From Granulicella sp. (GTDB lineage: Bacteria > Acidobacteriota > Terriglobia > Terriglobales > Acidobacteriaceae): a stretch of 64,000 nucleotides of DNA. Numbering within the stretch: position 1 is the stretch's first letter; each line of letters starts with the position of its first letter. The stretch spans positions 1 through 64,000 of the forward strand of contig DAHWNL010000006.1 of assembly GCA_027339965.1 (NCBI GenBank), read 5' to 3'. A program made the position numbers and the translations under genes. The notes below the pieces were generated by a model, which worked only from the letters and a program-made list of their open reading frames with translations, searched no databases and was not told the DNA's origin. Positions 20,270 to 29,529 of the stretch are shown here, one piece after another.

Positions 20270-20710
20270 GCATTCACTCCTTCATCGATGCCGTGCATCG
20301 GTCTTTGTTCAGCCGCGGTTGGATTGATGAATCTTTGCCTGCGCAGCCGGTCGTCGGCCGAGATCTTCGCAGGCAGGACTCGTGGAGCCGCCAAACCTTC
20401 AAGCACCGAAGAGTATCGCACGAAGCGTCGATCCTTGGCCTTCGCCGCGAGAATCCGGGCGTCCAGACCGGTAATCGGCCCAAGATAGACCATATCCAGC
20501 CCTGCTTCGGGCACTCGTCGTCGAGCGTGATCCCGAAGGATCTCCAAGGATCTCCCCCTTCTGCTTCAATCCCGCTCCCGCATGCCATCCGTCCCGCCCG
20601 CTCCCGGCATCCTATCTTCCTGAAAGAGACTCCCCGGCCCGGGAAAAGAAATCTCGTGCCGCGCAGATCCTCAGTCTTCAGCACCGCGTGGAGCCTCAAG
20701 GTTGATCCCG

Positions 20711-21865
20711 ATGGTCGACCCCAACGGCATCTTCGATTCTCTCTGCGACGAGTTTCTGGACCGTCTCCACGCCTGCCAGGCTCAGGCTAGCCCCAGATCC
20801 ATCCATGAACTGCGCGTTGCCGGCCGCAAGTTGGAGGCCTTGTTGCTCGCCGCGCGGCGACAAAATCCCAATGCCTGCTCTCTGCGCCGACAGATGAAAC
20901 AGACCCTACGCCAGATCAAGGAAGTCCGCCGGGCCGCATCATCCGTCCGCGATCTGGACGTCCAGCGCCGCCTGTTGAGCGAGTTGACGAAGCCTCGCAC
21001 GGATCCGCCGATTTTGCCCCTGGGCGAGCCGTTGCATGCGGAAAGCTACAGGTTGAATCGCCACTTGGAGCGGCAGCGGAGGGCCTTGGCGAATGCGCTG
21101 AAGAAAGACATGTCCGGGCCGGCTTCCGCTCTCTTCCTCGGTCTGCAGCCATTGGCAAAGAGCATGGCGCTTCTGCGCCCAGTCCCGTTGCTCGCTATGG
21201 CCAGAGGGCAGGAGCAACGCAGCGCAGAGAAGTTACGCCGCGACCAACAGCGGCGTGAAAGCGCGGGCCGGCCGGGGCTGGACGGCAAAATCCTGCACGC
21301 CTACCGCAAGCGAACCAAAGTAGCCCGCTACCTGGCTGAACTGGAATTTGATTCGGCATCGGCCCTGAAGATGGCGAAGGAGATGAAAAGCAGGCTCGAC
21401 GCCATCGGGCGATGGCACGACTTGGCTCTGCTGGCCAAGACCGCGAAGAAGCTATTGGGCGCCTCCGCCGCCGTGACCATCTTTGTCCAGGCTGCCCGGC
21501 GGCAGGCTCTGGAGTCTGCCGTCCGTTGTGTGTCCGCCCAGATCCCGCGCCATACAGAGGGAACACTGGCTCAGGATCCGTCTCGAATGGAGCAACCATC
21601 CCCGAGGAGCGTCCCCGTAGCAGCGAGTTGCGCCGGGAAAGCAAGAGCTTCGGATTGGGAGCTCTCCCATTTACCTACGCGCGCAGAACCCACATCAGAG
21701 CCGCACCTTCCAGCAGAAGGCAGGTCTGAATCCACCCCACCGAGGGAGGGTAGAGGCTGCGTAGCGATTTCTGCGGGAAGCAGAGCCGCATTACCCCGGA
21801 AACGGTCAACACCGCAAAGAGGATCCAGTAGTAGCGTCCGCCCCACCAGACGCACGGTATGGTGA
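20711..21865 (+). CDS. CHAD domain protein (polyphosphate-binding family)
   Basis: IHELRVAGRKL, VRDLDV, LHAYRKRTKVARY and IGRWHDL motifs; the last ~100 aa are low-complexity and overlap an opposite-strand ORF. Confidence 0.8.
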   Translation: MVDPNGIFDSLCDEFLDRLHACQAQASPRSIHELRVAGRKLEALLLAARRQNPNACSLRRQMKQTLRQIKEVRRAASSVRDLDVQRRLLSELTKPRTDPPILPLGEPLHAESYRLNRHLERQRRALANALKKDMSGPASALFLGLQPLAKSMALLRPVPLLAMARGQEQRSAEKLRRDQQRRESAGRPGLDGKILHAYRKRTKVARYLAELEFDSASALKMAKEMKSRLDAIGRWHDLALLAKTAKKLLGASAAVTIFVQAARRQALESAVRCVSAQIPRHTEGTLAQDPSRMEQPSPRSVPVAASCAGKARASDWELSHLPTRAEPTSEPHLPAEGRSESTPPREGRGCVAISAGSRAALPRKRSTPQRGSSSSVRPTRRTVW

Positions 21866-22007
21866 GCTCCAGCAACACCGCTCCGACAAGACGAACACCG
21901 CTCACCCTGCTGATCCAGCGCTCTGTCCATCCGGCGGACGACAGATGCCAGATGCCAGACAGAATCAGCACCAGAAAGACGATGGTGAGATAGATGGTCT
22001 TGTACAT
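21675..22007 (-). CDS. Small hypothetical membrane protein
   Basis: 110 aa with about 4 hydrophobic segments; no recognised family. Confidence 0.5.
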   Translation of the reverse strand: MYKTIYLTIVFLVLILSGIWHLSSAGWTERWISRVSGVRLVGAVLLELTIPCVWWGGRYYWILFAVLTVSGVMRLCFPQKSLRSLYPPSVGWIQTCLLLEGAALMWVLRA

Positions 22008-22531
22008 GTAAGTGAGCCTACAGCGGAACTTTCCCGCACAAACCTCTGTTAGCAGGAACGCTAATAGCTGACACAGGACCGGGCGAGCCTATTGAAAAGT
22101 CAGTAATTACAGGCAGAATTGTCACAAACTGGCCGATCTGCCGTAGCCGGGATGAGGCTCTCCCGGCCTCCCCCAGCAGAAAATTGAGACTCCGATGGTT
22201 ACTAAAGATTGTGACTGCGGAGTTCATGTATATTACTCAAGTTATCAGATTTAACGACTTTAGTACTTTCTATCGGCAGTTTGTCGATCGGTAGACAAGC
22301 GATTTTTTCGAAGATTTGTCGCTCATCGATCCGCTCTGAGCCCTGTCGGCGTCGCCATTTGGGTATCGCTTGGTATCTTCACCCTTATCGGTGTTATCTC
22401 AGCGAAGTACCCAACTGGCCTATTCTTGGACAGAGCTACCTGCCAGATCTACCAGCCAGATCTACCCTCCGCGAATCTGTCCGAACGGAACTTTGCTGGT
22501 TGCTGCCGGCGCAGTTTATTCACTGAAACTA

Positions 22532-23424
22532 GAGCTTGGTAGGGACTTGGCGCCTTTGTAGATTCTTTGCTGTTCCGAGTGGAATGCCGAGCATGGAAGG
22601 ATGTCGGCGAAGGTTGCATTGGGATATCCGTCGGATGTGACGGACGCAGAATGGGAGTTTGTGCTGCCATATCTGTTGTTGTGCCGTGAGGACAGCCCGC
22701 AGCGGGGGCACGATCTTCGGCCGGTGTTCAACGGGGTTTGCTACGCGGCGCGGACGGGCGGGCAGTGGCGCTAACTGCCACAAGAGTATGGCCTGTGGTG
22801 GGCGGTGTACCAGCAGATGCGGCGCTGGCTGGGGGCCGGTGTGTTGGAGGCGCTGGTGGCCGATTGTGCAGGCGATCGTACGCGAATGGGCGGGGCGCAA
22901 GGGCCAGCCGAGAGCGGTGTACCTGGGCAGCCGGACCCTGCCATCGTCTCCCGAGAGCAGAGCGCACGCTGGTTACGACGGGGTTCAACGGCGCAAAAGC
23001 TCCAAGGTCCCCATCGCGGTGGATACGCTGGGCCACCTGCTGGCGCTCAAGGTCACCGCCGCCTCGGCAGGCGACCGCGAGCAGGTGGCCGCGCTGGCTG
23101 CCGAAGTCCAGGAGCTGACCGGCTCGACGCTCGAGCTGGCCTGCGTGGACCAAGGCTACACCGGCTCAAATGCCGCCGAAGCCGTGCAGGAACATGGTAT
23201 TCGGCTTAAAGTAGTCAAATATCCGCTGGCCAAGCGCGGCGTCCTGCCGCTACCCCGCCGCTGGGTCGTGGAACGCAGCTTCGCCTGGGCCGCCCGCTTC
23301 CGAAGGCTCGCACGAGACTACGAACGGCTCGACAGCACACTCCAAGGCTTCCACTACGTCGCCTTCACCATCCTTATGACTGCAAGACTCGTCCGGACAG
23401 CAATGCAGAGCACCTAACAGCCTC
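22532..23424 (+). mobile_element. IS5-family insertion sequence, degenerate
   Basis: Imperfect terminal inverted repeats (left GAGCTTGGTAGG, right reverse complement GAGGCTGTTAGG), each within a CTAG context consistent with a TA target duplication; about 0.9 kb; encloses a transposase pseudogene. Confidence 0.8.
22601..23417 (+). pseudogene. IS5-family transposase pseudogene
   Basis: [11 protein letters not shown]-terminus, in-frame TAA at 22772-22774, frameshift near 22865, then AVDTLG, VDQGY and [10 protein letters not shown]...RRLARDYE; the expected first catalytic Asp reads G (YLGSRTL). Confidence 0.9.
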
Positions 23425-23565
23425 TAGAAGAGCTCGACTCTTCAAGAGAGCCTTGAGGAGCGTCTCCCGGATCTGGCCGGAACGCTCCGGGAGAACCACC
23501 TGGAGTTGCGATGCGACCTTGAGGGACTGTATCCGCCTCCCCACCCGGACGACGCGGCCTGCGGC

Positions 23566-24342
23566 TTACCGATTCACGCCGCTGGCCAGAAAGCCGCCAT
23601 CCACCACCAGAATCTCTCCAGTCACAAATGACGCTGCATCGGAGGCCAGGTAGATCGCCGCCCCAATCAACTCTTGCGTCTTGCCAAAACGATTCATCGG
23701 CGTGCGCATCAGCAGTTCCTTGCCGCGTTCGCTCTCGTCCAGCAACTTCTGGTTGAGCGCGGTGCGAAAGACACCGGGCGCGATCGCATTCACTGTAACT
23801 CCCTGTGAGCTCCACTCAACGGCCAGCGAGCGAGTCAGCGCCGCCACGGCCGCCTTGGAGCAGGCATAGGCGGTGACCTCCTTTAAACTGACAAAGCTGT
23901 TCAAGGAGGCGATGTTGATGATGCGACCATAGCCTCGCTCCAGCATCCGCCGCCCGAAGATCTGGCAGGCGCGAAGAGTTCCCGTCACGTTGGTGTCCAT
24001 GATGGCCTGCCACTCGTCCTCGGGAAAGTCCAGCGTAGGGGCGCGCTTGATTCTGCCCGCGCAGTTGATGAGGATATCCACCTTGCCGAAGGCTTCGACG
24101 GTGGCTGAACAGAGCACCTCCAGGCTGGCCCGATCGGCTACGTCCGCAGCCAGACGCAGGGTGTGGGCTCCGGTGGCCTCGATGGCGGCTGCAGCCTCGT
24201 TTACCTGCTCCTGGCGGCGGCTGCTGGCCACCACATCCGCGCCTGCCTCCGCCAAGCCCACAGCCATGGCCATACCGATACCCGAGGTTCCACCAACCAC
24301 AACCGCGCTCTTCCCTGTCAGGTCAAACAGCTTGGATGCCAT
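23566..24342 (-). CDS. SDR oxidoreductase (KduD / gluconate 5-dehydrogenase / UxuB-like)
   Basis: GGTSGIG, NCAG, YACSK, NAIAPG and VDGG motifs; overlaps the kinase stop. Confidence 0.85.
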   Translation of the reverse strand: MASKLFDLTGKSAVVVGGTSGIGMAMAVGLAEAGADVVASSRRQEQVNEAAAAIEATGAHTLRLAADVADRASLEVLCSATVEAFGKVDILINCAGRIKRAPTLDFPEDEWQAIMDTNVTGTLRACQIFGRRMLERGYGRIINIASLNSFVSLKEVTAYACSKAAVAALTRSLAVEWSSQGVTVNAIAPGVFRTALNQKLLDESERGKELLMRTPMNRFGKTQELIGAAIYLASDAASFVTGEILVVDGGFLASGVNR

Positions 24343-24853
24343 GGGCTTTTTCCTCTTCACCTTTCACAAATTGCGTGATCTCATTGACCACCGCGTCCGG
24401 CTCGCGGTCGTTGACGACTCGAAGCGCATCGGAGGGCGGCTCAAGGGTAGCAAACTGACTCTCCAGCAAACCAGGATTCATGTAATGGTTCTTTCGCTCG
24501 GCCAGGCGCCCGGCGATCAGTTCTTTTGCCCCATCCAGCCAGACGAAGAGAACTGAACCCGGCGGCAGACATCTCGCCAGCGTCTTGCGATAGCTCTGCT
24601 TGAGGGCCGAGCATGCCAGCACGCCGCTCTGACCTTGCTGAATCCACTCGCTCAGCAGCAGGTTGAGCCTCTCCAACCAGGGCTCGCGATCTTGATCGTT
24701 GAGCGGCTGACCGGAGGCCATCTTGGCCTTGTTCGCATCTGAATGAAAGTTGTCGGCATCAGCAAAAACGGCATGCATCCGGCGGGCCAGAAGCCGTCCA
24801 ATGGTCGTCTTCCCCGATCCTGTGACACCCATAAGCACTACAATCATCGTCAC
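24323..24853 (-). CDS. Gluconokinase family (GntK/IdnK type) sugar-acid kinase
   Basis: MGVTGSGKTT, DADNFH, PLNDQDREPWL, ACSALK and LLESQFATLE motifs. Confidence 0.9.
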   Translation of the reverse strand: MTMIVVLMGVTGSGKTTIGRLLARRMHAVFADADNFHSDANKAKMASGQPLNDQDREPWLERLNLLLSEWIQQGQSGVLACSALKQSYRKTLARCLPPGSVLFVWLDGAKELIAGRLAERKNHYMNPGLLESQFATLEPPSDALRVVNDREPDAVVNEITQFVKGEEEKAHGIQAV

Positions 24854-24877
24854 GGTCCTGAACTCACCGTATGCAAG

Positions 24878-26140
24878 CTACGTTCCTAAAAAGATCGGCC
24901 GTAGGTGACGCTCATACAGGTTGGCGGTCACATTGTGCGAAACGATCTCGTGGTGATCCTCCAGCGCGCGAAGATAGCGATCACCCATCCTCGCGGCAAC
25001 CTTGAAGCCAACATGCAGCAGTTGTCGAAAGCTTGGATTATAAGCTGGATGGCTCTGGTCGTGGCGAAGAGCCGAAGTAAACTGCTCGCTGGTCCACGCC
25101 TGCACAGCCTCCGGGCTGGGCAGCCGATCCTGGTGAATGTCGATGACGGTGGCGTAGGGTTTGCACAGCTCCTCGGAATGCGCGTAAGCCTCGCGATAGA
25201 CCTCTTTGGCAATCTCCAATCCACCTCCGCCGGCCTCCGCTAGACCAATCATCTCCTCCAGCCAGGTGGTGCCCGCCGTCTTGACATGTACACCGGCGTT
25301 GAACTTGACCACCGCGTCATGGATGGCTTTGTAGATGGAAAACTTGTCGGAGCCGGAGTGCACGCTCAGCTTGAGGTTCTGGGGTAGACCGTAGCGTTTG
25401 ACCGCAAATTCGATCGTAGCCAAATCCTCTTCAAACTCCTTGGCGAACTGGGCCACGTCGCCAACATAATCCACTCCCTTGTTGAATCGGCCGGTAAACT
25501 TCGGCGCAATGGTCTGGATCGGGATCCGCTCGTCAGCAATCGCCGCAAGGATGATCAGCAGCTCGACGGGCGTCTGCGGCAGATCGGTCTCGTCCATGGA
25601 GATCTCAGGGACAAAGTTGCCTTCGCCCTTGCGCTCCACCAGCAAGCGATAGATTCTGCCTGCCTCTCTTACAGCGTCCAGAAACTTGTTCGCCACTCCG
25701 CGCACAAAGGCCGCATCGGTGCTGATGGGCGCGTCGATTCGCGGAATGCTCACAGAGCCCCGTAGTTCGGGATGGTCGGAAAGAAATGCCTCCACCTCTT
25801 CGGGACGGGCCGGTTTTCCTATCTCTTCGGCAACATCCAAGGTAAAAAAGTCGCATGGTTCGACAAAACGCTCCACGGTCGTCAGTGAGATGTGATCCGC
25901 ATCCACGAAGTAGAGCCTTTCCCAACCCAGAGCGTTTACCGCGGCATCGGCGGCGGCGCGCGTCTGGCTCGGCTCACTCCCAATGATGGTGTGCTCTCGA
26001 TGGCTCTTGTTCCAGACCGGAATCACATCCACACCAGCCTCCGCGGCCCGTAGACAGGCGGCAAGCTGCGCCTTTGCCTGATGGGCAAAACGATCGCCGA
26101 CCCCTACGGAGAATCTTGGAATTGCGAGCTGCTTTGACAT
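24878..26140 (-). CDS. uxaE: Tagaturonate/fructuronate epimerase family protein
   Basis: GVGDRF, FVDADHI, EISMDET, APKFTGRFNKGVDY, KLSVHSGSDKFSIY and HVKTAGTTWLE motifs. Confidence 0.9.
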   Translation of the reverse strand: MSKQLAIPRFSVGVGDRFAHQAKAQLAACLRAAEAGVDVIPVWNKSHREHTIIGSEPSQTRAAADAAVNALGWERLYFVDADHISLTTVERFVEPCDFFTLDVAEEIGKPARPEEVEAFLSDHPELRGSVSIPRIDAPISTDAAFVRGVANKFLDAVREAGRIYRLLVERKGEGNFVPEISMDETDLPQTPVELLIILAAIADERIPIQTIAPKFTGRFNKGVDYVGDVAQFAKEFEEDLATIEFAVKRYGLPQNLKLSVHSGSDKFSIYKAIHDAVVKFNAGVHVKTAGTTWLEEMIGLAEAGGGGLEIAKEVYREAYAHSEELCKPYATVIDIHQDRLPSPEAVQAWTSEQFTSALRHDQSHPAYNPSFRQLLHVGFKVAARMGDRYLRALEDHHEIVSHNVTANLYERHLRPIFLGT

Positions 26141-26241
26141 CCTGTCTCCTGTTCCTAGACGATCGCATGGGCCGCTCGGCTTCTGTTGCGTTCTCTGCGC
26201 CGCACTCTTCCAAACTTGTTGGTCAGTTGATTCTCATTGAA

Positions 26242-26265
26242 CCGGAGCCGGAGCCGGAGCCGGAG
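26242..26265. repeat. Hexanucleotide tandem repeat (CCGGAG)x4
   Basis: Seen directly, about 100 bp upstream of uxaE. Confidence 0.9.
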
Positions 26266-26448
26266 TCCTGAGAGCCATGGCGGAGCCTGCGCAACCTATT
26301 CTCTCCGCGGTCATTTCCCCGCTGCGGCGAGAGGATCCCAGAGGAAAGTTGACTGCGCTTCCGCCTCGTCCCCTCTTTCGTCTCGACCCTCTTGCAAGAG
26401 CTTCTTCCGGCCATCAAGCCGGCTTCAGGTGGCCTCGGATTCCCTTTG

Positions 26449-26462
26449 TGGCAACGTTGCCA
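26449..26462. promoter_or_regulatory. Putative LacI-family operator TGGCAACGTTGCCA
   Basis: Perfect 14-bp palindrome with the central AA-CG-TT pattern of LacI-family sites, between the divergent uxaE and LacI genes. Confidence 0.75.
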
Positions 26463-27021
26463 AACGTTCCCCATCGTAGCAACCGCAAAACCGCTTCGTC
26501 AAGAAGGAGATGACGGCCCGCTACATCCCACCCTACTCTCGGCTCAACGTGACGTCTGCGTCCGCAGTTCGATGCCCTCTTTTCGCTCAGTAGATCGGTC
26601 ACGGCTCACCCTGCAACAGGGTCCTCGCCGAGACACCGCATCTTCAGTCTGGAACAGGCGACTCTCTCCAGCAAGGCCTACCGGGCGTCCATGACTCCCT
26701 GCTGACTCCCTGCTGAACCTCCTTCGCGCTGATTCTCCTTCGCAAGAAGCGGCGCGAACGCACTCCCTGTCTTCAACCCAACTCCCGGCGTCGGAAGCTG
26801 GAGCTTGTAGTTGGGGGCCATGCCTGAAGCAAGGCAAAACGAAGCCGCTGACCGCTCAGGGAAAAACATGGTCGCGACGCATCCAAAATGCTTTCGCTGA
26901 TTATTTTGCCTCTTGTCCGTCCACTGCTTCTTCCCCAGCTCCTTGGCGCGTCGGCACGACAAAAACAGAATCCCTTCGGCGCGCTGTATTACTCTTACAG
27001 ACGATCTCGAAATCGCTCCCC

Positions 27022-28137
27022 ATGCAAGCAAGGAATCGCCCCACACTGATTGACGTAGCGCGTGCAGCCGGTGTCGGACCCTCCACCGTGTCACGGCATG
27101 TGCGCGGCAGTAAATCCGTCAGCCCCAAGGTGGCCAAGCGGATTGAGATTGCCATCGCAGCCTTGGGGTACCAACCGAATGCTTTGGCTCGCAGCCTCAG
27201 AATCGGTAGAACCCAGACGCTTGGTCTCCTGTTTCCGCACGTCAATAATGTGTTCTATGGACAAGCCATGCGCACGATTCAAACGGAGGCACGGCTAAGC
27301 GGCTTCACCGTGATGCTGCTGACGCACCAAGAAGACGCCACGCTGCAGCAGGAACAACTGGCATCCCTGAAGCGCGCCCAGGTGGATGGAGTCATCTTGC
27401 TTCCGGCCGCCGGAACCAACGTGACCCAGGTGCTCGATCTGCTCGGCAACACGCCGGTGGTGACCTTTGACCGGGTTTTGGGTAAAACCATCGACTCCGT
27501 GGTGCTGGACAACTACAAAGCCGCGCGCGAGGCAACCGAACACCTTTTGAGTCATGGGTATTCAAAGATCGTGGCGGTCAACGCGGACTACAAGCTCCAG
27601 CCTCTTCAGCAACGGCTTCAGGGGTATGTGGAGGCGATGTATTCCGCCAGCAAGCGCGAGCAAGTGATCCTTTCAAAGGACGCCAGGCAGTTGCAGGAAG
27701 ATTTGCGCTCGCTGTTGCATCCCACCCTACCGGCCACCGCCATCCTGTCGCTGAGCTACTCGGTGACACTTGCGATTCTCTCTGCCCTGCAGGAGATCCG
27801 CTTCGATCTGCACAACATCGGGCTCATCGGGATTGACGACCTCGAGTTTTCCCGCTTCATTGATCCTCCCCTGACCACGCTGGCGCAACCTGCGGAAGAA
27901 CTGGCCCGAAGGGCCGTCCAGCAACTGCTGCGCCGTACCACCCATAGCGAGTATCGGAACGGTGGCGGGTCCGCGGAGAAGGTGGCTCATGTGATGCTGC
28001 CCGGAACGCTTATTCTTCGAGCCTCCTGCGGGTGCCGGACGGCACCGGGCAAAGAACGGACTGCCCCGGTTCGTTCAGCCGGTGGAAGAGGATCAGAGAT
28101 CCGGGCGGAGCCTGCCCGGCGCTGGCTGCGTAGTTGA
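27022..28137 (+). CDS. LacI-family transcriptional regulator
   Basis: PTLIDVARAAGVGPSTVSR HTH, YQPNALARSL hinge and PPLTTLAQP motifs. Confidence 0.95.
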   Translation: MQARNRPTLIDVARAAGVGPSTVSRHVRGSKSVSPKVAKRIEIAIAALGYQPNALARSLRIGRTQTLGLLFPHVNNVFYGQAMRTIQTEARLSGFTVMLLTHQEDATLQQEQLASLKRAQVDGVILLPAAGTNVTQVLDLLGNTPVVTFDRVLGKTIDSVVLDNYKAAREATEHLLSHGYSKIVAVNADYKLQPLQQRLQGYVEAMYSASKREQVILSKDARQLQEDLRSLLHPTLPATAILSLSYSVTLAILSALQEIRFDLHNIGLIGIDDLEFSRFIDPPLTTLAQPAEELARRAVQQLLRRTTHSEYRNGGGSAEKVAHVMLPGTLILRASCGCRTAPGKERTAPVRSAGGRGSEIRAEPARRWLRS

Positions 28138-28149
28138 TCAGGCTGAAAG

Positions 28150-28899
28150 ATGGCCCGCTACAATCCTTGCATGAGCGCTACTGAATCCACCTCGACTGCA
28201 ACTCGTCTGACGGATCAGACCCTGTTGATCGACGCCGATGACACCTTGTGGGAGAACAATATTTACTTCGAGGAGGCCATCGCCTCCTTCATCTCCGATC
28301 TGGACCACAAAACACACTCCCCCCAGAAGGTCCGGGAACACCTGAATCGTTGTGAGCGCGCCACCATCGCGGCTCAGGGATACGGAATCCAGAGCTTCCG
28401 GCAGTCCCTGGTGGACTGCCTTGAGCAGCTCACGGAGTCCAGGATCACCCCGGAACAATACAGCAGAATTCTCTCCTTCACCGCGGCGATCTCAGGGAAA
28501 AAGATCCAACTGCTCTCCGGCGTGGTTGAAACGCTGCGACTGCTCAGGCAGCGGCATCGACTCATCCTGGTCACCAAAGGAGACCCTCGCGAACAAACCG
28601 ACAAACTGGAGCGGTCAGGACTGCAAGCCTTCTTCAGCGCAGTCGAGATTCCTGCGGAGAAAGACGCAGCGGCCTATCGAAGCATCGTCCAGCGGCATCC
28701 ATGCGATCCCTCCGCAACCTGGATGATTGGGAACTCTCCCAAATCGGATATCAATCCGGCGCTGGCCGCCGGCCTGCATGCCGTGTTTATCCCCCACGCT
28801 TGCACCTGGATCCTGGAACATGAGGAAGTGGATCCTCCTTCCGGACTGACGCGGCTGCTGAAGCTGGACAGCTTTCCGGAACTGCTCGCTTACTTTTAG
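28150..28899 (+). CDS. HAD-superfamily hydrolase
   Basis: IDADDTLW, VTKGD and MIGNSPKSDI motifs. Confidence 0.9.
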   Translation: MARYNPCMSATESTSTATRLTDQTLLIDADDTLWENNIYFEEAIASFISDLDHKTHSPQKVREHLNRCERATIAAQGYGIQSFRQSLVDCLEQLTESRITPEQYSRILSFTAAISGKKIQLLSGVVETLRLLRQRHRLILVTKGDPREQTDKLERSGLQAFFSAVEIPAEKDAAAYRSIVQRHPCDPSATWMIGNSPKSDINPALAAGLHAVFIPHACTWILEHEEVDPPSGLTRLLKLDSFPELLAYF

Positions 28900-28905
28900 A
28901 AATCG

Positions 28906-29265
28906 TTAGCCGGTCCAAGGCCTTGGCGGACAGAGATCGGCTTGCTCGCCGCAAAAGCCCCCATGACCCACTCCATGGGGATGTCGCTCTGGGTCATCGA
29001 GGTAGAAGTCCCTCTGGACCCTGCCGTCTTCCATCGGGGGGCAACGCATCCCCGCGCGGTCAGCGGCCGCCCGTTGCGGCTTTCTGAAAGAGCGCTCCAT
29101 CGCCTCCGCGCCGCCGTGCATCACGATTGAACACCTTCCCTGAGGGGACTGGGGGCTTCGAAGCGTTCCGGTAGCCGAAGCCTTCAATCCCTGGGCCTTG
29201 ACCATCGGCGTGTCTGCGGGCGCCCAACGAGTGAGACAGAGTGCAAACAGTATTTTGGTCCACAT
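28906..29265 (-). pseudogene. Probable remnant of a secreted isoaspartyl peptidase / type 2 L-asparaginase
   Basis: Signal-like start followed by SIVMHGGAEAMER, resembling the family's N-terminal xHGGAG motif; the catalytic core (TVG cleavage site) is absent. Confidence 0.5.
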
Positions 29266-29318
29266 GGAGATCTTGGTCCACATGACGTCTTGGTCCACAT
29301 GAAGTCTTGGTCGGCATG
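29255..29318. repeat. Four-copy tandem repeat, core (TC)TTGGTCCACATG, period 17-18 bp
   Basis: Copies start at 29255, 29271, 29288 and 29305 (last one degenerate). Confidence 0.9.
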
Positions 29319-29529
29319 GAATCCTCCTGGCCGATGAATCAACCGCAACGGTTGACACTGGGGGCAATTCGGGAGTCTTCGCTTCCTTTGCTGCGTCTAA
29401 GCAAAGAGCGAAACCTGGGCCGGCAAGCAGATCGGATGGCGGAGGAGAAGGAGTGACCGAGCCGAAGAGACCCGATGTGGATCTGCATCTTCAGGGTTTG
29501 GCGCACACCGGACGGATCAAGGAGGCTGG

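Noticed and set aside
20134..20790. ORFs upstream of hmgA as a pathway regulator
   Set aside because: Overlapping ORFs on both strands, none with HTH, MarR or IclR features
29255..29318. Possible mini-CRISPR array
   Set aside because: Repeats are 12-14 bp with 3-4 bp spacers, far too short, and there are no cas genes
29340..29520. c-di-GMP riboswitch upstream of pilT
   Set aside because: Small hairpins exist, but the conserved GEMM core motifs are not present
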